Source: Chiloscyllium plagiosum (Eukaryota). From it: 64,000 nt of DNA. The notes beneath the pieces are model-generated. The model ran no database searches and was not told the origin of the DNA. It saw only the letters and a list, made by a program, of their open reading frames with translations. The position numbers and the translations under genes were made by a program. Positions 52,215-64,000 of the stretch are shown piece after piece. The stretch spans positions 33,689,851 through 33,753,850 of the forward strand of contig NC_057718.1 of NCBI RefSeq assembly GCF_004010195.1. The letters run 5' to 3'. Every line of letters begins with the position of its first letter. Position 1 is the stretch's first letter.

Positions 52215-52855
52215 CAAACAGACAGGGTGGATAACAAGTTGTTTGGCACGCTTACCTTTTATTGCTTAGTCCTTTGAGTGTAGGAGTTGGGAAGTCATAT
52301 TGAGGTTGTATGGGACATTTGTGAAGCCTCTTCTGGAATGCCATATCCAGTTCTGGTCGCCCAGTTATAGAAAGGATATTTTTAAGCTGGAGAGGGTTCA
52401 GAAGGGATTTGCCAGGATGTTGCTGGCTATAGAAGGTTTAAGTTATAGGGAGAGGCTGGGACATTTTTTACTAGAGCATAGGAGTTTGAGAGGCAACTTT
52501 AAAGATGAATAATGAAGGGTATAGATAAGATCAGCGGTAGTTGTCTTTTCTCTAGGGTGGAGGATTTCAAGACTAGGTGGTGCAATTTTAAGGTGAGAGA
52601 GAGAGATTTTAAAAAGATGAGGTGCAACTTTTTTTTTTACACAGTGTGGTTTGTGTGTGGAATGAACTTCCTGAGGAAATGATGGCTGTGGGTCCAATTA
52701 CGACATTTAAAACACATTAGGATAAAACACATTTGCATCAGAAAAATTTGGAGGGATATGAGCCAGGAGCAGGCAGGTGGACCTAGTTTAGTTTGGGGTT
52801 ACATTCGGCATGGATTGACTGGACTAAAGAGTCTGTTTCTATGCTGTATGACTTT
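52215..52855 (+). mobile_element. CR1 3' fragment
   Basis: LLECHIQFWSPSYRKDIFKLERVQK (ORF 52300-52512) and a 3' UTR. Confidence 0.82.
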
Positions 52856-53711
52856 CTAAGTAGGCCTCCAGACCCAGTCAAGAAAAAAAGGATGTTGGTA
52901 ACAAACTACCCAAAGTTAGTGGTAGTTGGCATCACAGCATGTACAACACACTCCCTCTTTAGGAAGTTTTTATTTTCCATTGGACATTTTTCTGAGCTTT
53001 TTATCCTCCTTTCCCCACACTGTTCAGCCTTTTCTACCCTCACTGAGGTGTGGCATTGATGTAAATGCAGGGTCTGAAAAGTACATGAAATTTGCATTAT
53101 TTGGGGGAGACCATCATAACTTTGGAATAGGAGCATGAAGATACAAAGCAGTTTCTGGGGAAGATAGGGAGCGGGCAAAAGATTAGTTAATGAAAGAAGT
53201 TGAAGATGTTTCAAGGTAAACAGATAGGAAAACAAAGCATGTGGGAAAACAAGATAATTCAAGTAGGAAAAATTGCAAGGAAAGATGTGGCAGAACGAAG
53301 GAATGCAATAAGAGGATAGAGTTTAAAAATAGCATGCACATATAGAAAACAGAGCCATGTGGGTACATAGGTGAACAGGCAGGTGACAGCATGAGCAGAG
53401 GGTACTTAACAAGATGGGCAAATATTGAAGGCGCATCCTTAATCTGGCTTCCTGCTGCTTCCACACAGTGGTCCACGCTGCTCTACACCTCAATCAGACC
53501 TGCATTTCCAAAGTCTTTTATGGCCATTTCTAGGCCATTCTCCAACCATAACCCATATTTACCACTAATTAACAGCTAGACTTTCCTACAGCAAAAGAAA
53601 ATAGCATAGAAGTGGCAAATTATACCAGTAAAAGACCAGTAAAATTACACAGTCGAAAGAGACTCTCAAAAGACACAGAAATAAGAGGCCACAAAGAGAC
53701 ACCCAAGCACA

Positions 53712-54400
53712 ATAGAACATAGAACATAGAAGAATAAAGCGCAGTACAGGCCCTTTGGCCCTCGATGTTGCGCCGATCCAAGCACACCTAACCTATACTA
53801 ACCCACTATCCTCCATATACCTATCCAATGCCCGCTTAAATGCCCATAAAGAGGGAGAGTCCACCACTGCTACTGGCAGGGCATTCCATGAACTCACGAC
53901 TCGCTGAGTGAAGAACCTACCCCAACTTCAGTCCTATATCTACCCCCCCCACCTTAATTTATAGCTATGCCCTCTTGTAATACCCGACTCCATACGCGGG
54001 AAAAGGTTCACACTGTCAACCCTATCTAACCCCCTAATCATCTTGTACACCTCAATCAAGTCACCCCTAAACCTTCTTTTCTCTAATGAAAACAGCCCCA
54101 AGTGTCTCAGTCTTTCCTCATACGATCTTCCTTCCATACCAGGCAACATCCTGGTAAACCTCCTCTGCACCCGTTCCAGTGCCTCTACATCCTTCCTATA
54201 GTATGGCGACCAAAACTGCACACAATATTCCAGATGCGGCCGCACCAGAGTCTTATACAACTGCATCATGACCTCAGGACTCCGGAACTCAATTCCTCTA
54301 CCAATAAAAGCCAGTACGCCATATGCCTTCCTCACCGCACTATTTACCTGGGTGGCAACTTTCAGAGATCTGTGTACATGGACACCAAGATCCCTCTGCT
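53712..54400 (-). mobile_element. Young CR1 3' fragment
   Basis: Uninterrupted EQRDLGVHVHRSLKVATQV...LEYCVQFWSPYYRKDVEALERVQRRFTRMLPG; (tagaaca)n tail at 53712-53730. Confidence 0.9.
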
Positions 54401-54849
54401 CAATAAATAAACAAAATGAAAGAGGGAGGTGCACCTAGCAATGCAATAAAACAATGATGATTAAAGCAACAGCATATTCTGCACTGAACATAAGCATTGT
54501 TATTGGAAGTTCTCTGATAATTAAATGAGGGAAAGTAACAATTCATAACCATTCAAAATACTTGTTGCTTTTTAAAGACAGGATACTTATTTGGTGGATA
54601 AACCAGAATAATTAGTATAATAACCAGAATAAATATTGTTTGGTTGTTACCCATTTAATGAACCAATGTTACCACAATCAGGCGTGTTATGCTGTGCCAG
54701 TAGTTTGCATCTGGATATTGTTATGTATCAAGTCCAGTAGTCTGATGCTTTGTGAATGGCTATTTTACTCTGAAGAGAGAGCTGAGTACGTAAGTCTCTA
54801 TTGTCAGTATGCAGCCTTTATATTACCAAGACCATCTGTAATCCCTCCA

Positions 54850-55460
54850 TAAAAGCTGCATGGCTTTTATTGGTAGAGGGATTTGAGTTTCGTAACCATG
54901 AGATCATGCTGCAGCTGTACAAAACTCTGGTGTCCACATTTGGAGTATTGCATACAGTTCTGGTCACCGCATTATTAGGAAGCATGTGGATGGTTCGGAA
55001 AGGGTTCGGAGGAGATTTACTAGGGTGTCGCCTGGTTTGGAGGGAAGGTCTTACGAGGAAAGGCTGAGGGACTTGCGGCTGTTTTAGTTCGAAGGTTGAG
55101 AGGTGACTTAATTGAGATGTGTAAGATAATCAGAGGGTTAGATAGCTTGGACACTGAGAACCTTTTTCCTTGGATGGCAATGGCTAGCATGAGGGGACAT
55201 AGCTTTAAATTGAGGGGTGATAGATACAGGACACATGTCAGAGTTAGTTTCTTTACTCAGAGATTGGTAGGGGTGTGGAACGCACTGTCGGCAACAGTAG
55301 TCGACTCACCAACTTTAAGGGCATTTAAATGGTCATTGGATAAGCATATGGACGAGAATGGAATAGTGTCGGTTAGATGGATTTCAGATTGGTTCCACAG
55401 GTTGGCGCAGCATTGAAGGCCGAAAGGCTGGTACTATGCTGTAATGTTCTATGTTCTATG
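54850..55460 (+). mobile_element. CR1 3' fragment
   Basis: RGDLIEMCKIIRGLD...RGHSFKLRG...FFTQRLVGVWNAL; tail (tgttcta)n. Confidence 0.85.
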
Positions 55461-56380
55461 GCAAATAAGAATCTTATGGCTCTAGATTGAAATGCAAGAG
55501 AGCTGAGGAACCTTGGCCCCAAAGAGATGTAGAGAGCTGACCATCATGTGGACACAGTCTGACATTCGTCATCTCCTGCTAGCTATGGATCGAATAGAAC
55601 CCAATGTCTTGTGAGTCCTGCTCAGGAGATTCAATGGCTCTGGAGTGGAGTCTTGTCAGTGGATGATTATCTTTTTCAACAATTACCTATCAGTGACTCT
55701 TGTAACCAAGTAGGTTCCAGATGTAGAGGCTGCAGCCAATCCTAGGGGTTCAGTCCATAAGACTAAGAGATGTTGTTGCTGTGTCTATGTTTCCAAATCT
55801 TGTTGAAGTTGTGTAGCAAAATCAGTGGAGAGGATGTTTTGCTCTTGCTCTTATCAGTGAGGAAACCAACATGGAATTTGAAAGTTATAAATCCACTTCA
55901 CTTGGTCTAAAGCAGATTGCCAGGTTGCAGAGAAACATTTCATTCATTTGGTCAATCACTGCCAATCCTGGGTTGGACTCCCCCAGCTAATAAAGTACTA
56001 TCCTAACAACCTCTACTGTTCAGTATGAAGGGATTAAGGATACTATCCTGAGAAGCAGATGGTAAATTGATAGCCAAGATACCAAAGATGAAGATTTGCT
56101 TGCTTGGAAGCTTGATCAGGACTGTGTACCCTGTCATCTATAAGGACTTGAAGTTGTTTGACAACGTAGGCAAGATGGTATTGATCAACTGGAAGCTACA
56201 ATGTCAACATTGCTGTTCTCCAAAACACTGGATTGACTGGCATTGCATCAATTTGTCAGGCCAATTACACCACCCTTTAGCATAGCAAAAGTGTAGATGA
56301 CCATTATGAATGTGGAATGAGATTTGCTGTTAACAAAGAACTGAAACAGGTAATGCCAGACCTGCCTGTGACTTCAGAAT

Positions 56381-56470
56381 CGATTGAGTTTGGCGCTGGA
56401 AAAAGCACAGCAGGTCAAGCAGCATCAGGAAAGGAGAGTCGACATTTTGGGCAGGACGTTTAATCAGGAC
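56381..56470 (-). mobile_element. Penelope-like mini-element with degenerate hammerhead core
   Basis: Minus strand AGTC-CTGATTA-...-AAAA-TGTC-GACT plus the family body. Imperfect flanking repeat gacttc(a/t)gaat at 56370-56380 / 56468-56478. Confidence 0.55.
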
Positions 56471-56941
56471 TTCTGAATACCTCTTATCTCTTCAGGCATT
56501 CATCAGATAATGGTTTTTGAAATTTATGCACCAATCATACATGCCAGTACCAATGACAAGTTTCTGTATCTCTCTTGATAATACTCTGGGCTACTTGTCA
56601 GATGGAGAATTTTATCCCAAGAATTGAATCAAACAGAGCTTCATGGTGAATGTGTCCCCCCCCCACCCCCCTGTCATGATCCTGGCAAGATGAATATATA
56701 TGGACAGTGGTGACTAGAACTTGTATGTAAGGTGGACTTTGTGTTACGAACACCTTCTTCCAGAGCAGACATTGGCACAGGGTATTATGTGTAATCTGAA
56801 ATCTGACCATTGGTACCAACATGTCCTGCTAATCATCAAAGGACTTGTTATTTATTGATCATTCTTTACATCTGTCAGTAATTGCATTAGCAATCATGTA
56901 TTTGTTGGTAACAGGGTGAAGACACAATAATGATTATCATG

Positions 56942-57397
56942 GATTAGATTACTTAGTGTGGAAACAGGCCCTTTGGCCCAACCAGTCCACACCGACCCTC
57001 CGAAGAATAACCCACCCAGACCCAATCCCCTACCCTATATTTACCCCTGACTAATGCACCTAACACTATGTAAAAACAATGACTGCAGATGCTGGAAACC
57101 AGAGTCTAGATTAGAATGGTGCTGGAAAAGCACAGTAGTTCAGGCAGCATCGGAGGAGCAATAAAATCGACGTTTCGGGCAAAAGCCCTTCATCTATGGG
57201 CAATTTAGCATGGCCAATTCACCTGGCCTGCACATCTTTGGATTGTGGGAGGAAACCGGAGCACCCAGAGGAAACCCACGCAGACACAGGGAGAATGTGC
57301 AAATTCCACGCAGACAGTTGCCCGAGGCCTGAATTGAACCTGGGACCCTGGTGCTATGAGGCAGCAGTGTTAACCACTGTGCGACCGTGCCGCCCAG
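56942..57397 (-). mobile_element. HE1-type SINE interrupted by a PLE mini-element
   Basis: Tail 56942-57070; V-domain and head 57194-57397. Confidence 0.85.
57071..57194 (-). mobile_element. Penelope-like mini-element (family B') starting inside the hammerhead core
   Basis: 5-bp ctatg repeat (57066-57070 / 57194-57198). Minus strand starts GATGA-A-GGGC tttt GCCC-GAAA-CGTC; same family as 45396-45529. Confidence 0.75.
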
Positions 57398-58189
57398 TCC
57401 AAATGCTATGGCATGCTATACAACAACATGCTATACAACAACATTCCATGCATAAGGAATTACAACAAATGTAGGAAGCTCTCAGAAGCTTATGGGCGAT
57501 CCCTTTCCCCGTGAGCTCACTAGCTTACTTACACAGATGAGACATAGCCATCTTTCCATTCAAATTATCATGTAAACTGCAGCAACCACATTTGGCAAAT
57601 GAAGAATCAGGAGCAAGGATTAGTTTGAGACTTAGGTTGCCAAAATGATTCTAGTTCCTGAAGCACAGAGCTCAGCTCACCTGACTTACAATCTGACTTC
57701 TAACCCTATAACATGTGAAAGTCTCATATTACCTTAGGTAATTGTGCAAAATGAATTGGACCAATGAATATTAGCTTAAACTGTACAAAGCAATCGTAAA
57801 GTGACGGTAGTAATTTTGCACTGTGTATTACAGTATCAAAAGAGCATTCAGGCCTACCATCCCCCAAATTGCTCCTTTGAAGTCCGTTGAAGGGGAAATA
57901 CTCACTGACAAGACCAAGCAAGTGGCCCGCAAGGTGGAGCACTACTTCCACTCATATTGATGCAATAGATAGCTCTCTGCCTGTTTGTGATGAATGAGCT
58001 TGATTGAGAACTCTTATTACTCGAGTGTGTAAAGGCCATTAACTTCCTAGGAGCAAGGAAAACACCTCGAAAGAACAGAATATCAGCATGATTACTCAAA
58101 TACAAAGAATCCCACCTGCTACCATACCTCGACAACAACAGCACATTTGCTGGAGATAAGACTCCGTTTCAAAGGATCTGTGTAACGCA

Positions 58190-58690
58190 GAGTTTTATAG
58201 AGGTACCATGGAAAGCATTCTATTTGGATGCATCAATACTTGGTAGGGCATCTACTCTGCCCAAGACCATAAGAATCTATAGAGAAGTGTGAACACAGCC
58301 CAGTCCATCACGCAAGCCGCCTTCTATCCACTGTCTCCATCTACACTTCTTGTTGCTTCAGAAAGGCAGACAACATCATCAAAGACCCCTTCCATTCTGG
58401 TTATTTTGTCTTCCAACCTCTCTTGTATCAGGCACAAGATACAAAAGCTTAAATACCTGTACCAACAGGTTCAAGAACAGCTTCTTCTCTGCTATTGTTA
58501 GACTTCTGAATGGACCTCTCAAATTTAAAATCTAATGTCAATTTTTTTTGTGCATTTTCTTTGCAGCTGTAACTTTGTATTCCTCGCTCTGTTCTATCAC
58601 CCTATGATCTTTGTATGGTTCGTACTGCATATGAAACAAAACTTTTTACGATACCTAGATACATTTGACAATAGTAAATTAAATCAAGCA
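58190..58690 (+). mobile_element. Rex1/Babar-type 3' fragment
   Basis: VNTAQSIT...IIKDP.H...SG.RYKSLNTCTNRFKNSFF.AIVRLLN, the Rex1-type C-terminus, then a 3' UTR ending (aatc)n. Confidence 0.7.
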
Positions 58691-59499
58691 TCAAAATATG
58701 AAAGAACAAAGGATATCAAGGAGATAGTGACAACTACTGGGTCATCTTGCTCATCAGCATTATTGAGACCTTTGCTTGAGTCATTGTAACAAGCTAACCA
58801 ACAGAATATATGTGGAGGCACAGTGTGGCTTCAGACCAAGCAGATCTACAATGGTCATTATCTTTTCTGTGCATCAGCCTTGAAAAAAGTGTAGAGAGCT
58901 TCAAGTTAAACTCGTTCTTGTTTTTGTGGGTCTTAGAAAAGCATCTGACACTGAACAGAATGAGCTTTTATTGAATACTAGAGAAAATTGCTGTTGTTTT
59001 CATGTCAACAGCTCCACATCTGACCGGTTTGAGGTCAAGAATGGGTTAAAACTGGTCTGCCTTTTCGATTTTACTTTCATATCTTGTTCTCTGTTCTATA
59101 GACCTATGCTTTCCCTCCCCTGGAAGGATGTACTCCTTGCATGATCAATAGAAAACTCAGCAAGCTATCAAAATTGAAAGCCAAGACAAAAATGTAGCAT
59201 ATCATAATCGGAAAACTTCTCTATGCTTCTGTTGTACTAGTTGCACCAACAGAAGAACAACTCCAAAGGGTTATGGATTATCTGTCCTGTGTGATGTACT
59301 CCTTTACGATCAGTGTCAAGGAAACTGCCATAATAAGACATGATGTTGTGTCTGTGCCTATGTTTAGACTCAACACTATTTGAAATAATCAGCAAATTCT
59401 AATATCTAGATCTTGAGTGACATGCAATCTATCTCGCTGAAGAGTCTAGTATACGTAATGGAAAGGCAACCCCAACGTTCTCCAACCAGAAAATAGGCA

Positions 59500-60115
59500 T
59501 GGAGAAACAACAGACCTTGGAATGCAGTTTCATATCTACCTGCAACTCTATTTTCAAGGAGCTATGACGGTGAAGAAGGCATTTGATATGCTTTCTTTTA
59601 TTGGACAGAGAATTGAGTACAGGAGTTGGGAGGTCATGTTGCGGCTGTACAGGGCGTTGGATAGGCTGCTTTTAGAATATTGCTTGCAATTCTGGTCTCT
59701 CTCCTATCGGGAGGATGTTGTGAAACTTGAAAGGGTTCAGAAAAGATTTACAAGGATTTTGCCAGGGTAGGAGGATTTGACTTGCAGGAAGAGGTTGAAT
59801 AGGCTGGGGCTGTTTTTCCTGGAGTATCAGAGGCTGAAGGGTGACCTTATAGAGGTTTAAAAAAATCATGAGGGGCATGGATAGGGTAAACCCTGGGTCT
59901 TTTCCCTGGGGTGGGGGAGTCCAGAACTAGAGGGCATAGGTTTAGGGCGAGAAGGAAAAGATATAAAAGAGCCTTAAGGGGCAACGTTTTCAAGCGTGTG
60001 TGGAAGGATATGGACCGGATGCTGGCAGGTGAGACTAGATTGGGTTGGGAATCTGGTCTGTATGGATGAGTTGAACCTAAGGGTCTGTTTCTGTGCTGTA
60101 CATCTCTGACTCTAA
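59500..60115 (+). mobile_element. CR1 3' fragment
   Basis: LLEYCLQFWSLSYREDVVKLERVQKRFTRILPG and a 3' UTR like the 5703-6955 copy. Confidence 0.85.
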
Positions 60116-61584
60116 TCTCACGAACAGGAGCAAGGTTAGATATCTATAAGATCAGCATTTTGCTATATGACATTAAAAAAAAAGGCTGTATTATCCATCT
60201 TTTAGTGTCTACAAATCATCCTGCATGTCACATAGAAAAACCATCACCAATGAAGCAAGTCTTTCAAAGACAAATGTAACAAGCATTCAAGTCTTAATCA
60301 AGCAAAGAAACTTTTGCTTGTTTGGACATGTGAACATAATGAAAGATGGCCATATCCTAAAAAAAAATGCTATACAAAGGGGTAATCTGTGCCAGAAGTT
60401 CTGATTCAAGGATATGGTCAAAAGAGACATGAAAACATACCAAATCAATCAAAAATAGGAAATGCTGGCTGATACCAGTACAAATGGTGATACCAACTAT
60501 GAGCTTGAGTTCTCCTCAGCTAAATGTGGATTCAAAAGCTCCAAATGGATCCAAGACCAGCAAACAAGACATCAGAAGAGATTATCCTTCACACCATCAA
60601 GGGACAGCCTTGCGTGCAGCACTTGTGGTAGACTTTTTTCTTTCCAGAATTTACTTGTTCAGCCCTCAAAAGTGCACCAAATTCTTAGGCCACATTCGCA
60701 ATAATTCTCCCCGATGCAAGGATATCAATTGACACTGCTCGAAACCACAGTCATTGCTGCAAGTTGGGATGCTGTCAGTTTTCAGACAATTATATTTTAT
60801 TTATGATTTAAGTTAGACAAGTACTCTTGTAAGTATTGTTTTACTATATAAAGCAGGACTAGACATGAAATAGAATACAAAACGTGGAGACAGATATCTG
60901 AAGGCAAGCTAAATGTTTCTGTGCCAGAATTTTGAAAATTAACATGTTTTTGTTTTACTAGTGCATTAGTTCCCCATCTGAGACAATGTTATTAATTTAA
61001 CAAAGCTGTAGATTATTAGTCAATCTTGCTAGTGTGTTTACTATCTGTATCATAGAAAATAAATCTGGGTTGATTCATGGTGATTATTCATTTCATTAAT
61101 TTTTTAATTTAAAAATAATCATGTGCTGTCAAATGAATTTTTGGTACCCCAGTACAAAATGCCCAGTAGATATTGTGTTTCTGCATGATTAAATAACAAA
61201 ATGCTTTTAACAGAATGCATTAGACATGTTTTTGTATGCTGAAGGAGTGGGCAAACTGCAATTTAGATTTTTGAAAAGTTTCTTCCATTCAGCTAATTGC
61301 TTTTACATAATTGAAAGCGGCGTACTTGCTTTATAAGAATCACATTATAAAATTCTGAGAGTTCTACATGATCTGTTTCTTTTAAATTGCTTCACTTATG
61401 AAGTATTTTCAACTGGCTTTTCCTCACTGTTATTCATAGTCTTAAGTACTTGTGTAGATTTTGCTACCTTGCATCAGCAATAAAGTTGCTCGAAATTTTC
61501 ACCAGGCAATAAGCAAACGTAATGTGCCAGTGTTTTCTGGTCTCTAAAATTGTGTTAATTGTTCCAAAAAAAACTTTCATTTAT

Positions 61585-64000
61585 AAAGTCAGAGGTGTAC
61601 AGCATGGAAACAGAGGCTTTGGTCCAACCCATCCAGGTGAACCAGATATCCAAACCCAATCCCACCTGCCAGCACCCGGCCCATATCCTTCCAAACCCTT
61701 CTTATTCCTATACCCATCCAAATGCCTTTTAAATGTTGCAATTGTACCAGCCTCTGGCAGCTTATTCCATACACGTACCATGCTCTGCGTGAAAACGTTG
61801 CCCCTTAGGTCTCTTTTTATATCTTTACCCTCTCACCCGAAACCTATTCCCTCGAGTTCTGGACTCCCCCACCCCAGGGAAAAGACTTTGTCTATTTATC
61901 CTGTCCATGCCCCTCATTATTTTGTAAACCCCCCTCAGCCTCCGATGCTCCAGGGAAAACAGCCCCAACCTGTTCAGCCCCTCCCTATAGCTCAAAACCT
62001 CCAACCCTGGCAACATCCTTGTAAATCTTTTCTGAACCCTTTCAAGTTTCACAACATCTTTCCAATAGGAAGGAGACCAGAATTGCACGCAATATTCTAA
62101 CAGTGGCATAACCAATGTCCTGTACAGCCGCAACATGACCTCCAAACTCCTGTAATCAATACTCTGACCAATAAAGGAAAGCATACTAAACACCGCCTTC
62201 ACTATTCTATCTACCTGCGACTCCACTTTCAAGGAGCTATGAATCTGTAGTCCAAGGTCTCTTTGTTCAGAAACACTCCCTAGGACCTTACCATTAAGTG
62301 TATGAGTCCTGCTAAGATTTGCTTTCCCAAACTGCAGCACCTTGCATTTATTGGAATTAAACTCCACCTGCCACTTCTTAGCCCATTGGCCCATCTGGTC
62401 AAGATCCTGTTGTAATCTGAGGTAACCTTCTTCGCTGACAACTACACCTCCAATTTTGGTGTCATCGGCAAACTTACCAACTATACTTGTTATGCTCACA
62501 TCCAAATCCTTTATATAAATGACGAAAAATAGAGGACCCAGCACCGATCCTTGTGGCACTCCACTGGTCACAGGCCTCCAGTCTTTGGTGTCATCGGCAA
62601 ACTTACCAACTATACTTGTTATGCTCACATCCAAATCCTTATATAAATGACGAAAAATAGAGGACCCAGCACCGATCCTTGTGGCACTCCACTGGTCACA
62701 GGGGCCTCCAGTCTGAAAAACAACCCTCCACCACCACCCTCTGTCTTCTACCTTTGAGTCAGTTCTGAATCCAAATGCCTAGTTCTCCCTGTATTCCATG
62801 AGGTCTAACCTTGCTAACCAGTCTCCCATGGGGAACCTTGTTGAATGCCTTACTGAAGTCCATATAGATCACATCTACCGCCCTGCTCTCATCAATCCTC
62901 TTTGTTACTTCTTCAAAAAATTCAATCAAGTTTGTGAAACATGATTTCCCACACACAAAACCATGTTAACTATCCCTAATCAGTCCTTGCCTTTCCAAAT
63001 ACATGTACATCCTGTCCCTCAGGATTCCCTCCAACAACATGCCCACCACTGATGTCAGGCTTACTGGTATGTAGTTCCCTGGCTTGTCCTTACCACCCTT
63101 CTTAAACAGTGGTACCACGTTTGCCAACCTCCAGTGTTCCGGCACCTCACTTGTGGCTATTAATGATATAAGTATCTCGGCAAGAGGCCCAGCAATCACT
63201 TCCCTAGTTCCCACAGAGATCTGGGGTATATCTGATCAGGTCCTGGAGATTTATCCACCTTTATGCGTTTCAAGACATCCAGCATTTCTTGCTCTGTAAT
63301 ATGGACATTTTTAAGATGTCACCATCTATTTCCCTTCATTCTATATCTTCCATGTCCTTTTCTACAATAAATATTGATGCAAAATACTTGTTTAGTATCT
63401 CCCCCAATTTCTGCGGTTCCACACAAAGGCCGCCTTGCTGATCTTTGAGGGGCCCTATTCTCTCCCTGGTTACCCTTTTGTCCTTAATATATTTGTAGAA
63501 ACTCTTTGGATTCTCCTTAATTCTATTTGTCAATGCTACCTCATATCCCCTTTTTGCCCTCCTGATTTTCCACTTAAGTATACTCCTATTGCATTTATAC
63601 TCTTCTAAGGATTCACTCGATCTATCCTTTCTGCTCCTGACATATGCTTCTTTCTGTTTCTTAACCAAACCCTCAATTTCTTAGGTCATTCAGCATTCCC
63701 TTTACCTACCAGCCTTTCCTTTCACCCTGACAGGAATATACTTTCTCGGGATTCTTGTTACCTCATTTCTGAAGGCTTCCCATTTTCCAGTCGTCCGTTT
63801 ATCTGCGAACATCTGCTCCCAATCAGCTTTCGTAAGTTCTTACCTAATACCGTCAAAATTGGCCTTTCTCCAATTTAGAACTTCAACTTTTAGATCTGGT
63901 CTATCCTATTCATTATGGTCGCTGGCCCCAAAATGCTCCCCACTGACACCTCAGTCACCTGCCCTGTCTTATTTCCCAAGTGTAGGTCACATTTTGCACC
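61585..64000 (-). mobile_element. CR1 LINE (runs off the window end) with internal tandem duplication
   Basis: Successive minus ORFs: IKENPKSFYKYIK, VPEHWRLANVVPLFKKG..NYIPVSLTS, MDFSKAFNKVPHG, SGVPQGSVLGP..KFADDTK (twice), LEYCVQFWSP; 3' UTR at 61585-61700. Confidence 0.93.

Larger units (their letters stand above)
56730..60745 (+). mobile_element. Fragmented RTE-clade LINE with nested insertions
   Basis: LCVTNTFFQ (~56737, endonuclease), IAPLKSVEGEILTDKTKQV..VEHY (~57870-57950), CGFRPSRST..IFSVHQ (~58825), C-terminal CxxC..SRI.LFS (~60615-60665). Interrupted by HE1, Rex1 and CR1. Confidence 0.65.

Noticed and set aside
86..63668. The many 60-270 aa ORFs in the six-frame track as independent genes
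   Set aside because: Apart from those overlapping THADA exons, they are broken LINE/Gypsy fragments, antisense shadows of them, or chance frames through SINEs.
41593..64000. Next THADA exon (expected to begin MTGREFF-like)
   Set aside because: No matching peptide with splice sites was found by eye; it probably lies beyond the window.

Overview
Vertebrate genomic DNA, most likely from a shark (inferred from HE1-type tRNA SINEs and HER1/CR1 LINEs). The window lies inside the THADA gene on the + strand. Six consecutive internal coding exons (5015-5172, 17826-17935, 27995-28127, 28670-28792, 36663-36785, 41501-41592; 739 nt) have canonical AG/GT sites and splice in one open frame into the DUF2428-region peptide. 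The rest is intronic and mostly decayed retroelements: many CR1 LINE fragments, HE1/V-SINEs, Rex1/Babar and RTE LINE remnants, a degenerate Gypsy element, a probable solo LTR and older SINEs. There is a 100-N gap at 31896-31995. The most notable signal is about 8 short (60-230 bp) Penelope-like insertions flanked by target-site duplications. Several are long palindromes, and most carry a minimal hammerhead-ribozyme core (CUGANGA-stem II-GAAA-short stem III-UC) at the 5' end or inversion point. One copy with an intact core is sense to the THADA pre-mRNA. Other observations are a degenerate partial duplicate of a THADA exon, local templated duplications, a 50-bp flanking duplication and a divergent pair of CTCF-like motifs. 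Repeat family names come from recalled similarity, not a database search, and repeat boundaries are approximate.
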